From Clostridiales bacterium (lineage in GTDB: Bacteria > Bacillota > Clostridia > Saccharofermentanales > Saccharofermentanaceae): DNA of 64,000 bases. The stretch lies in assembly GCA_017561715.1 (NCBI GenBank), contig JAFZBN010000011.1, forward strand, positions 18,294-82,293, given 5' to 3'. Below, piece by piece: positions 44,718 to 53,949 of this stretch. The notes below the pieces were generated by a model. That model was not told the origin of the DNA. It did no database searches and worked only from the letters and a program-made list of their open reading frames with translations. The first letter of the stretch is position 1, and every line of letters starts with the position of its first letter. Made by a program: the position numbers and the translations under genes.

Positions 44718-46007
44718 TTACTTCTTCGGTACCAGCTTGTCCTTACCGCCCATGTACATACGAAGCGGCTCCGGAATGCTTACCGTTCCGTCGGCATTGA
44801 GATTGTTCTCGAGGAACGCGATCAGCATACGCGGCGGAGCAACTACGGTATTGTTCAGAGTGTGAGCCAGATAGTTGCCCTTCTCTTTGTTTCTGATACG
44901 GATGCCCAGACGTCTTGCCTGCGCGTCACCTAAGTTACTGCAGGAACCGACTTCGAAATACTTCTTCTGACGCGGAGACCAAGCCTCAACATCACAGGAT
45001 TTTACCTTCAGGTCAGCGAGGTCACCGGAGCAGCATTCGAGTGTTCTTACCGGGATATCGAGGCTTCTGAAGAAGTCTACGGAATTCTTCCAGAGCTTGT
45101 TGTACCAGTCCATGCTGTCTTCCGGCTTGCAGACGACGATCATCTCCTGCTTTTCGAACTGATGGATACGGTAAACGCCTCTCTCCTCGATGCCGTGAGC
45201 ACCGACTTCCTTACGGAAGCACGGAGAATAGGATGTCAGGGTCTGCGGGAGGCTCTCCTCGTCGAGGATCGTGTCGATGAACTTACCGATCATGGAATGC
45301 TCGGATGTACCGATCAGGTAGAGATCTTCGCCCTCGATCTTATACATCATGTTCTCCATCTCGGCAAAGCTCATAACGCCCGTTACAACGGAAGAACGGA
45401 TCATGAACGGCGGAACGTAGTATGTGAAACCACGGTCGATCATGAAATCTCTTGCGTAGGAAAGGATCGCGGAGTGAAGTCTCGCGATATCGCCCTTTAA
45501 GTAATAGAAACCGTTACCGCTGGTCTTTCTCGCGGCATCCAGATCGATACCGTCGAATGTCTCCATGATGTCCACATGGTACGGAACTTCGAAATCCGGA
45601 ACGACCGGCTCGCCGAATTTCTCGTTTTCGACATTCTCGCTGTCATCTTTTCCGATCGGAACGGAATCGTCGATGATGTTCGGGATCACGAGCATGATCT
45701 TTCTGACCTTCTCGGTGAGCTCCTGCTCCTTGACGTCAAGAGCGGCCATCTCGTCAGCCATGGCAGCGACCTGCTTTTTAGCTTCCTCGGCCTCATCCTT
45801 CTTGCCCTGGCCCATCAGAGCACCGATCTGCTTACTGATCGTGTTTCTCTGGGAACGAAGATACTCAACTCTCGTCTTCGCCTCACGAAGCTCCTTATCA
45901 TAAGCGATGACCTCATCTACCAGCGGGAGTTTGTCATCCTGAAACTTTTTCTTGATGTTTTCCTTAACGATGTCCGGATTTGCGCGGACAAATTTGATAT
46001 CCAGCAT
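44718..46007 (-). CDS. serS: Serine--tRNA ligase
   Basis: 429 aa. MLDIKFVRANPDIVKENIKKK... forms the coiled-coil arm, followed by class II motifs (FRKEVGAHG, GSCSN...RRLGIR). RBS GGAGG upstream. Confidence 0.95.
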   Translation of the reverse strand: MLDIKFVRANPDIVKENIKKKFQDDKLPLVDEVIAYDKELREAKTRVEYLRSQRNTISKQIGALMGQGKKDEAEEAKKQVAAMADEMAALDVKEQELTEKVRKIMLVIPNIIDDSVPIGKDDSENVENEKFGEPVVPDFEVPYHVDIMETFDGIDLDAARKTSGNGFYYLKGDIARLHSAILSYARDFMIDRGFTYYVPPFMIRSSVVTGVMSFAEMENMMYKIEGEDLYLIGTSEHSMIGKFIDTILDEESLPQTLTSYSPCFRKEVGAHGIEERGVYRIHQFEKQEMIVVCKPEDSMDWYNKLWKNSVDFFRSLDIPVRTLECCSGDLADLKVKSCDVEAWSPRQKKYFEVGSCSNLGDAQARRLGIRIRNKEKGNYLAHTLNNTVVAPPRMLIAFLENNLNADGTVSIPEPLRMYMGGKDKLVPKK

Positions 46008-46122
46008 TTTCCTGCCTCCATTGAAACATATAACTTTGTAATTTTACCATAAATAGGCAAACTCTTCTATATTCTTATAGAAAAGCACCGGTATAAACAA
46101 AATGTGGATTTCGGGGGCGTTT

Positions 46123-47493
46123 TTACGCGCGCTCGACCATGTCCATCATGGTCAGATCCGTGGAAATGACGACATTCGGATCGTTATTCAGTTCCTCAAA
46201 ACGCGTCTTAAGACGGTCAGATGCGATCACGCCGCCGCTTTCGGCTTTTGCGGAAGGCAGCATGACGATATACTGGGCGCCGCTGAACTTCGTGAAAACA
46301 TCGCCTTTTCGAAGCGTATCCTGGATCGCCGTGAAAAGTACATCCATGGCGGGCTCCAGAGAATGCGCGTCCAGCATGTTCCCGTCCGGATCAAGGAGCG
46401 TGACGAGCATGACGCAGAAGCTCTGCTCGGATCTGGCCAGCATTCTTTCGATAAAACGGAAGATCGCGAGGAACGGCTCATAATCCTGCCAGTAAGCGCC
46501 GCGGATCGTGCCCGGCTCTTTGAGCTGCTGCATGAGCGTCCGGATATTCATCTCGATCGCCTCGGGGCGGTCAAGCTTTGCCTGCTTCGACGGAAGTGTC
46601 GAGCTGTAGAAACGGAAGTTGTTCTTTCCTTCCTTCTTAACGACGTACAGAGCTCGGTCAGCCTTATCATAGAGGGTATCCATGTTGTTGCCGTTCTGAG
46701 GCGCGAGCGCGATACCGATAGACATGGTGGCAATACCGTTCGTCACGACGCGAAGCTCCTCATTTACTGCCATCTGGAATACCTTGAGGCGCTGGGAAAG
46801 CACATCGTTCTCCGGCGGATTTTCCATGAAGATAACAAACTCGTCGCCGCCGAGACGTCCGACGATATCATCCGGGAAATACTCCATCATCATGTGCGCG
46901 AGGCGGTTTAAGACCTGGTCACCGACGATGTGTCCGAGCTTATCATTAACGCTCTTAAAGTGGTCGACGTCGAGGATCATGTACGCGGCACTGGTGCCTT
47001 TGGCAAGGATCACTTCGATCGTCTGTGTCAGATATGAACGGTTCCAAAGGCCGGTCATCGGGTCCTTGGAGGCAATGCTCTCGAAGCGCTGCGCGCGCTT
47101 TTCGGCCAGACGACGGAACTCTTCAAGTTCGAGTGTTCTGGCGATACGGGAACGCATGACCTGCGGAATAAACGGCTTCGCGATAAAGTCGGCGGCACCG
47201 AGTTTCAGGCACTCTACCTCCGTTTCCGCGTCGGTCCTTGCCGTTAAGAAAATGACGGGAACGTCTTTGTAATCATGGTTGGCGCGGATCTGGCGGAGCG
47301 TCTCCAGTCCGTCCATCTCCGGCATGTTGATATCCAGAAGGATCAGGTCCGGGATCTTTTTTTCCAGGAAACGAAGGGCCATCTGTCCCGACGGAACGAG
47401 ACTGACCTGATAGAATTCGTCCAGGGCCTGTTTTGCCAATGTTAGATTCGCTTTGCTGTCATCAACGACCAGGATCGTTTTTACCTTATCCAC
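46123..47493 (-). CDS. Response regulator: REC, GGDEF diguanylate cyclase, and a degenerate GGDEF-like domain
   Basis: GTG start. REC domain: ILVVDDSKANL...DLILLDINMPEMDG...K. GGDEF domain: DPMTGLWNRSYL...RLGGDEFVIF. In the C-terminal region of about 170 aa the equivalent motif reads FSGAQYIVML. Confidence 0.85.
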   Translation of the reverse strand: MDKVKTILVVDDSKANLTLAKQALDEFYQVSLVPSGQMALRFLEKKIPDLILLDINMPEMDGLETLRQIRANHDYKDVPVIFLTARTDAETEVECLKLGAADFIAKPFIPQVMRSRIARTLELEEFRRLAEKRAQRFESIASKDPMTGLWNRSYLTQTIEVILAKGTSAAYMILDVDHFKSVNDKLGHIVGDQVLNRLAHMMMEYFPDDIVGRLGGDEFVIFMENPPENDVLSQRLKVFQMAVNEELRVVTNGIATMSIGIALAPQNGNNMDTLYDKADRALYVVKKEGKNNFRFYSSTLPSKQAKLDRPEAIEMNIRTLMQQLKEPGTIRGAYWQDYEPFLAIFRFIERMLARSEQSFCVMLVTLLDPDGNMLDAHSLEPAMDVLFTAIQDTLRKGDVFTKFSGAQYIVMLPSAKAESGGVIASDRLKTRFEELNNDPNVVISTDLTMMDMVERA

Positions 47494-47495
47494 CC

Positions 47496-50222
47496 TTAGT
47501 TTTCTCCCATTAGATTCTTCAAATTCTCGATCGCCTCATCGTACTGGAAATCGTTGAGGCAGTTACGTGTTCTCTTCAAAACGAGCTCGCAGTCCGAACC
47601 GACATCATAAGTAAGAAGCCAGTCGATCTTCGCAAGCGCCATATCCGTATCGAAATCCTCGACGCTCGTCTTGATCTCGCCGATAGTCTCCATGAGCATG
47701 TCGTTTCCGATCGGAGACTTCGGGCTTCCTTCGCCCGCCGTCTCTTCCTGAGAATCGAGGACGCCTCTTGCGCGAAGCTCGAGTCCGATATCGTCCAGAA
47801 GTGACTGGTACATCGACAGAAGATCATTGTGGTTCGCATCGATATAATCGAAGCGTCCTTCGTAGTTCGCAAATTCATGTTCTTTCGCGAAATCGGAAAG
47901 CTCCATGGCACCGATCGATGCGCAGACGCTCTTCAAGGCATGCGCCTCGATACCGAAGCCCGCGTAATCCTTCGTTTCCGCCTGATCACGAAGACGTTCG
48001 ATCTTAACGAGGCCATCCTCGTAAACGACCTTGAGGAGGCTGATGTAGTTATCGATATTGTTACCGCAGTTCATCAGGCCGCGGCTGCAGTCAACGCCAC
48101 GAAGCTGTACGGCGCCTTCGCCGAAGTGCGGGGCACTTGCGACGGTATGCTGTTTTCTGATGATCATTTCAGACGGCAGATTGCTCTTTAAGGACTTTTC
48201 AAGCTGTGAAAGCTCGATCGGCTTACTTACATAATCCTGGAAGCCTTCGTTAAAGAACATCTCACGCACACCGCTGACCGCGTTTGCCGTAAGCGCGACG
48301 ACAGGTACTTTCTGAAAATACTCGCCTTCCATCTGACGGATCATGCGCAATGTATCGATACCGTCTAATTCCGGCATCATGTGGTCCATGTAGATGATGT
48401 CGAACTTCTCGCCTTCTCTTAGGATCTCGAGACATTCTTTACCGGAATTCGCGGTCGTGACATGCATCTGATAAGGCTCGAGAAGGCCTTTGACGACCTT
48501 GAGGTTAACGGCGTTATCGTCAACGACGAGGACATTCGCCTCCGGAGCGATGAAGCTCTCCGTGAACTCATCACTGTCGAGAGACTCGATCGGAGTTTCG
48601 GTAAGAACGGAAGCAAATACCGCGGCATATACGGGACGGCGCACAACGAGAACGTCCTTATAACCCGTCGACAGTTCATTCTTATCGAACATCAGGACGA
48701 TCTTCGGCTGGCCGTGATTCTCACAGAATTCACGGATCTGGTGAGAGAACTCATCGAAAAGCGGCTTGGATACGAAGAAATACGAATATGTCGCGTTGGA
48801 TGCGGGATCAAGATCCTTGATCTTCGAAGCAAAACGCGCGGAAACACCGAGGCGCTGAAGGTCAGTTCTTGCCTGATCGCGATAGATCGCCTTCTCGTCA
48901 AAGTAAAGGACATGAGCGGTCTTATCCGCCGGAACGCTCGCGAGCGGTTTCTGCTTGGCGATATACTGATGAAGTTCAAAAGAAAACGTACTCCCCTGTC
49001 CGTACACACTCTCTACGGAGATCGTACCGCCCATCAGTTCCGTCAAACGCTTACAGATCGAAAGACCGAGGCCCGTTCCTTCGACCGCGCGGTTTTGTCT
49101 GGTGTCGACACGCTGGAAGGATCCGAAGAGCTTCTGCTTGTCTTCGGGCTTGATACCCATACCGGTATCGGAAACGTCGAAGTGCAGCAGGCACATATCA
49201 TTTGAGACAGGCTGATAAGCGACCCGCAAAGTGATATGACCTTCGGACGTGAACTTAACGGCGTTATTCAAAAGGTTCAAAAGGATCTGGCGGATACGGA
49301 TCTCGTCGCCGACCAGCTCACTCGGGATCTTCGGGTCGATATTGACCACGAGGTCCAGGTTTTTGTCCTGCATACGGACGGTAATGATGTTGATGATGTC
49401 GTTGATGACCGAAGTCAGCTGATAACGGACATTGATGATCTCCATCTTACCGGATTCGATCTTACTGAAGTCGAGGATATCGTTAACGATCGCCAGGAGC
49501 GCGTTACCTGCGCTCTTGATGTTTCTCGCGTTTTCACGGACGCCCGGGTTGATATCGTCACGAAGGATCATCTCGGTCATACCGACGATCGCGTTCATCG
49601 GGGTTCTGATCTCATGGGACATGTTCGCGAGGAAATCCGCCTTCGTCTGCGAAGCGGCAACCGCTTCTTTCTTCTTGATCTCAACGATCTGAAGAAGATC
49701 CTCGGTACTCTGCGTCTTTTGCGTAAGAGTTCTTTTCGAGCGGTTAATGAACGAAACGAGCGCCATGAGGAATACCTGCGCGATGATGAGGATGATGATC
49801 CTTACCATCAGTTCCTCGAGCGTTCTGTAGCCCAGGAGCATATCATAGTCATAGACGATCCAGAACGAATAGTAAAGTGCCGTGAATACCAGGCAGTAAA
49901 GGTTCGGCGCGAAGTCAAAGTACAAAGAGACGACACAGGCCACGGTGATAAAACCGTCCTGGATCGTTCCCGGGTTCTGATAGTAAATACCGTAAAGCAC
50001 TACCATCGACAGGAAGAACGACGTCATCATATACATCTGGAACTTGTAGCTGTCCCTGGAGATCTTCGTGAGAAGATAGGCGACGATCGGCGTAATGATG
50101 CAGTAAATATTGAAGAACTGCGGATAGACCGATACCTGCGAAGACATGAACATGAAGAAGATACATGTGACCACGTAGATGAGAAGCAGGATCCTATGGG
50201 CATCTCTTTTTTCCAGAAGCAT
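47496..50222 (-). CDS. Hybrid sensor histidine kinase (multi-TM sensor, HisKA, HATPase, REC, HPt)
   Basis: The start at the ATG at 50222 (MLLEKRD) has GAAGGAG upstream. H-box SHEIRTPMNAI, G-box GTGLGLSICKRL, receiver VLVVDDNAVNL...DIIYMDHMMPELDG, and HPt HALKSVCASIGA. Confidence 0.85.
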   Translation of the reverse strand: MLLEKRDAHRILLLIYVVTCIFFMFMSSQVSVYPQFFNIYCIITPIVAYLLTKISRDSYKFQMYMMTSFFLSMVVLYGIYYQNPGTIQDGFITVACVVSLYFDFAPNLYCLVFTALYYSFWIVYDYDMLLGYRTLEELMVRIIILIIAQVFLMALVSFINRSKRTLTQKTQSTEDLLQIVEIKKKEAVAASQTKADFLANMSHEIRTPMNAIVGMTEMILRDDINPGVRENARNIKSAGNALLAIVNDILDFSKIESGKMEIINVRYQLTSVINDIINIITVRMQDKNLDLVVNIDPKIPSELVGDEIRIRQILLNLLNNAVKFTSEGHITLRVAYQPVSNDMCLLHFDVSDTGMGIKPEDKQKLFGSFQRVDTRQNRAVEGTGLGLSICKRLTELMGGTISVESVYGQGSTFSFELHQYIAKQKPLASVPADKTAHVLYFDEKAIYRDQARTDLQRLGVSARFASKIKDLDPASNATYSYFFVSKPLFDEFSHQIREFCENHGQPKIVLMFDKNELSTGYKDVLVVRRPVYAAVFASVLTETPIESLDSDEFTESFIAPEANVLVVDDNAVNLKVVKGLLEPYQMHVTTANSGKECLEILREGEKFDIIYMDHMMPELDGIDTLRMIRQMEGEYFQKVPVVALTANAVSGVREMFFNEGFQDYVSKPIELSQLEKSLKSNLPSEMIIRKQHTVASAPHFGEGAVQLRGVDCSRGLMNCGNNIDNYISLLKVVYEDGLVKIERLRDQAETKDYAGFGIEAHALKSVCASIGAMELSDFAKEHEFANYEGRFDYIDANHNDLLSMYQSLLDDIGLELRARGVLDSQEETAGEGSPKSPIGNDMLMETIGEIKTSVEDFDTDMALAKIDWLLTYDVGSDCELVLKRTRNCLNDFQYDEAIENLKNLMGEN

Positions 50223-50224
50223 AG

Positions 50225-51175
50225 TTACTCTCCTTCTCTGCACTGTTCTTTCAGGGCGACGCCCGAAGGAACGACGAATTTTAATGTAGTCGGCAGTACA
50301 CGGATCGAAAGCGCGCTCTCGTGCTTGTCCAATTCAAAGGACTCACCGTCTGCCGTGAACATCATGTTCTTGTTGCCCGCCAGTTTGATCGAGATCTCGG
50401 AAGGATCGATGACGCGGACGGATTTTCCGAGTTTGGAAAGTTCTCCTCTCCTGTATGCGCCGATCCCCGGCAGCAAAGAAAAGAACGAAAGCGAATCTGT
50501 AAGGAGCAGTTTGACCTTGCCGCTTACCGGGCTGGCATTTTGCACAGGCGAATAGGAACCGCCGTAGCAGATCCCGTTAAACGCGGTGATCGATGACTTT
50601 CTTCCCATGATCTCCTGCCCGTCGACCATGATCGAATACTGGCTGCTGACATTGAAGACCGAATTGCGGATGATCGAAAGAAGATACGGGATCTTGGTAC
50701 CGACGATGGAAAAACGCGAAAGGCTGTTGACGTCCGAAGCGACCTTGGCTTCAAAACCAACGGAGCAGAAGTTCAACGCTTTTCCCAGACCGAAATCCAT
50801 AACGTCAAGATACATCGGAGTTCCCGCGATCAAAGTATCCATATTGGAAAAAGCTTCCACTTCACCTTCGAATACCTTCAAGAAATCGTTCGTCATGCCG
50901 CACGGAAAAAAGGCGACCTCGACCATGGAAAAGTTCGAGATGCCGCTGACCGCCCTGCAGAGCGAACCGGAACCGCCGCAGATGATCAGGCGGATCGTCT
51001 CATCTTCAAAGATGTGGCAGAGTCTTTGCACCAGAACGGTCTCATGACCGACATACTCGGTATCGAAAACCAGAGCGCCCAGCTCCGGATGGGAAGCGAT
51101 ATATGAACGCACGCGAACAGAGAGGTTCTCCTTCTCTTTTCCCGCGCGCGGATTGATGATAAAAATGTGTTTCAT
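50225..51175 (-). CDS. Diacylglycerol/lipid kinase family protein (YegS/BmrU-like) with a degenerate nucleotide motif
   Basis: MKHIFIINPRAGKEK and the overall DAGK_cat layout. The usual GGDGT reads CGGSGS. Its stop lies 2 nt before the kinase start. Confidence 0.7.
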   Translation of the reverse strand: MKHIFIINPRAGKEKENLSVRVRSYIASHPELGALVFDTEYVGHETVLVQRLCHIFEDETIRLIICGGSGSLCRAVSGISNFSMVEVAFFPCGMTNDFLKVFEGEVEAFSNMDTLIAGTPMYLDVMDFGLGKALNFCSVGFEAKVASDVNSLSRFSIVGTKIPYLLSIIRNSVFNVSSQYSIMVDGQEIMGRKSSITAFNGICYGGSYSPVQNASPVSGKVKLLLTDSLSFFSLLPGIGAYRRGELSKLGKSVRVIDPSEISIKLAGNKNMMFTADGESFELDKHESALSIRVLPTTLKFVVPSGVALKEQCREGE

Positions 51176-51276
51176 GTAACCATACCCGCCATGATCCTAA
51201 GGATCACGCTTCGTTTCCCCGTCTCCAAAACTAGGAATAGGATACCACAATTTAGTATATAAATAAAGTTTGAAAA

Positions 51277-52287
51277 CTACTTTTCGGCTTTATTCTTTGC
51301 AGACTTTTTATTCTCTTCGACAGCCTCGCCTATTTCCGCGATTTCTTCGATTTCTTCCGGTTTCCGATCAAGATCGGAAGTCTTTTTCGAGAACGGCAGG
51401 ACTCTGGTAATGTTATCAAAAACCGTCTTTCCGTGCTCACCCACATTGAGGTAGACATTTCGAAGTACGTGGCGCTCCGGAGCCGTAAGTGTCTTGATAA
51501 GCGCGCTGCCCTTTGAAGCGATGGCGGCTTTGGTTTCCGCAGGAGTACGGACGATCGGGATCATGTTGCCGTACAGTGCTTTTTCCTCGGCACGATGACG
51601 GCGGGCAAGTTCCTTTTCTTCCTGTCTGTGCTTATCGTAAAGCTCACGCCACGCGGGATAGTTCTGGCTCTTGGTAAGCACGGTATCCACACGGCCGTAA
51701 ATGCTTCCGCCGATCTTATCGGAGATCACCTTCATCTCACCGGAAACACTCGTCAGCGGGCCGAGACGGCGCTTGACGCCGAAGATCGCAGTAACGGTCA
51801 CGATGATGTCGCAGACCATGATCGTCGTGGCGATCACAAGAAGCACGATCTGAAGATTGTCGTGGGTGTTTCCCAGGATCCAAAGGACCGTCGGGTGCAA
51901 AACGAAGATACCGAGCGAGCACGCGATACCCCAGTAAAGAGAGAACTTCGGACAGATAAAACCCATGAAGTTATATTTCTCATCGCGGTAGTCCCACCAG
52001 CGGAGTTTGAATATGCGGTAAAGAATGAAACCTGCCCAGAACTCGACGAACGTACAGATGATCATCGAGCCGAAGAACAAAAGGAAGAAATTGTTGGAAA
52101 GCCTTTCCAGAAGGAGAATAACTCCGTAAAAACCGATGCCGTAAACAGGACAAAGAGGTCCGTTCAAAAAGCCTCTGTTGATGAACCTTCCTTCATCCAG
52201 TCCGTAATAGACGACTTCGACGACCCAGCCGATGAACGCATAGATAAAAAACATGCAGTACGCGTCTACAAACGGATAAAAATGCAT
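51277..52287 (-). CDS. Putative ABC-transporter type IV (CmpB/DUF1113-like) membrane protein with a charged C-terminal extension
   Basis: The N-terminal FIYAFIGWVVEVVYYGLDEGRFINRGFLNGPLCPVYGIGF matches the family signature. Six TM segments, then a soluble tail of about 150 aa. Confidence 0.6.
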   Translation of the reverse strand: MHFYPFVDAYCMFFIYAFIGWVVEVVYYGLDEGRFINRGFLNGPLCPVYGIGFYGVILLLERLSNNFFLLFFGSMIICTFVEFWAGFILYRIFKLRWWDYRDEKYNFMGFICPKFSLYWGIACSLGIFVLHPTVLWILGNTHDNLQIVLLVIATTIMVCDIIVTVTAIFGVKRRLGPLTSVSGEMKVISDKIGGSIYGRVDTVLTKSQNYPAWRELYDKHRQEEKELARRHRAEEKALYGNMIPIVRTPAETKAAIASKGSALIKTLTAPERHVLRNVYLNVGEHGKTVFDNITRVLPFSKKTSDLDRKPEEIEEIAEIGEAVEENKKSAKNKAEK

Positions 52288-52382
52288 CAGAAAAACCTTC
52301 CTTTCTTACTGAATGATTATAGCATTTGTTTCTTCGCATTTGCTATAATAATCGTAACTTTCGCTTGAAAAGGAGAATCACT

Positions 52383-53867
52383 ATGGCAAATCCTTATCTT
52401 CCCATGTGGGAACACATTCCGGACGGCGAACCCCGTATCTTCGGAGACCGTATCTACATCTACGGCTCGCACGATAACGCAGACACCGATGAGTTCTGCG
52501 ACTTCTGTCTGAAAGTATGGTCGGCACCTGTAAATGATCCGACAAACTGGACATCTCACGGCATCGCTTTTGCCACACGTGATTTCCCGGGCCACCCTTC
52601 CGATACCGACTGGACAGACGGACGTCTCTTTGCTCCTGATGTAGTCGAAAAAGACGGAAAATATTATCTCTATGCTTACATCCAAGAAGCGCTCGGATGC
52701 GTCGCCGTTTCCGATAAGCCGGAAGGTCCGTTCAAGCTCATTTCCCGCTATAAGCACAATATCGAAAATCACCCGGACGGAGGTATCTTCATTGATCCGG
52801 GCACGCTCGTTGACGATGACGGACGTGTATATGTCTACTGCGGTTTCCTTCGCTCCTACATGTTTGAGGTAAATCCGGACAATATGTACGAAGTGATCGA
52901 TGGATCCTTCAAGATGGATATCATCCCGAACACCGCTCCGTTTAACTTCTTCGAGGCTTGTTCTCCCCGCAAGATCAACGGCAAATACTACATGATCTAC
53001 TCTTCCGCCGAGCCGACAAGCCAGCTGGTCTACGCGGTATCCGATTCCCCGACGGGTCCTTTCGAATACAAGGGCACTCTCGTTGATTCCGGATGCGACT
53101 ACCCGGGTGGAAACGATCACGGTTCCGTAGGAAAAGTCGGTGACCAGTGGTACATCTTCTATCACAAGATGACGAACGGTTCCATCATGAGCCGTGTCGG
53201 CTGCGTCGATAAACTCACATTAAACGAAGACGGAACGTTTACTCAGGCCGAGATGACTTCTCAGGGATTCGAGGATATCCTCAATCCTTACCGCGCGACA
53301 AATCCGCAGATGGCATGCGTTCTCACCAACGGCGCGACGATCACTGAGAGAACTCCGTTTGACCAGTGCGTCACAAAGATCTCCGACGGCTCTGTTATCG
53401 GCTTTAAGTATTTCGATTTCGGAAACCATTCCGGTTCTGAAATGAAGTGCGTCATCAAACTCGATAACTGCTACATGAGCGGCAAGATCCATATCTTCGC
53501 CGACGGTGTTCCGATGGATGCCGTGAAAAAGTACGCCCGTCCGATCTTCCCGGATGAGCCGGATGCCGAGGCAAAGAAAGCCGCACGCGAAGATGCATCC
53601 TCCAAGGTATACGGCTTCAGCGGAAAGCTTCTCGATGAGTTCTCCACTCCTGAATACACAGGTAAGTTCGGTCTTTCCCGTGAAGGTCGTGAGATCGGAT
53701 GCGCCGAGTTCTCTTCAAATGCGAGCATCGTGACCGCGACCGTCGAAGGTCTTTCCGGCAAGCACGCGATCTACTTCCTCGTTGAAGGACGCTACAAGGG
53801 CTGGGGCGGACACTATATGGACGGAAGAAATCTTTTCGACTTCTACGGATTCGTATTCCAGGTATAA
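52383..53867 (+). CDS. Glycoside hydrolase family 43 with a C-terminal beta-sandwich (CBM-like) domain
   Basis: MANPYLPMWEHIPDGEPRIFGDRIYIYGSHD and the later FEACSPRKINGKYYMIYS are GH43-type five-bladed propeller motifs. The start at 52383 has AAGGAG 8 nt upstream. Confidence 0.85.
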   Translation: MANPYLPMWEHIPDGEPRIFGDRIYIYGSHDNADTDEFCDFCLKVWSAPVNDPTNWTSHGIAFATRDFPGHPSDTDWTDGRLFAPDVVEKDGKYYLYAYIQEALGCVAVSDKPEGPFKLISRYKHNIENHPDGGIFIDPGTLVDDDGRVYVYCGFLRSYMFEVNPDNMYEVIDGSFKMDIIPNTAPFNFFEACSPRKINGKYYMIYSSAEPTSQLVYAVSDSPTGPFEYKGTLVDSGCDYPGGNDHGSVGKVGDQWYIFYHKMTNGSIMSRVGCVDKLTLNEDGTFTQAEMTSQGFEDILNPYRATNPQMACVLTNGATITERTPFDQCVTKISDGSVIGFKYFDFGNHSGSEMKCVIKLDNCYMSGKIHIFADGVPMDAVKKYARPIFPDEPDAEAKKAAREDASSKVYGFSGKLLDEFSTPEYTGKFGLSREGREIGCAEFSSNASIVTATVEGLSGKHAIYFLVEGRYKGWGGHYMDGRNLFDFYGFVFQV

Positions 53868-53949
53868 AGCGAAAAAGAAAGCCGAGGAGCGGTGCTTTTC
53901 GCGAGGTATGAAGCTGCTCCTTGAAGCAAGGAATTGAAGGTGTTTTTGT

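Noticed and set aside
46008-46122. A T-box leader upstream of serS.
   Set aside because: Only about 115 nt separate serS from the upstream stop. No specifier loop or T-box (AANNNGGTGGNACCGCG-like) sequence is visible. An extended -10 (TGGTAAAAT) suggests a simple promoter.
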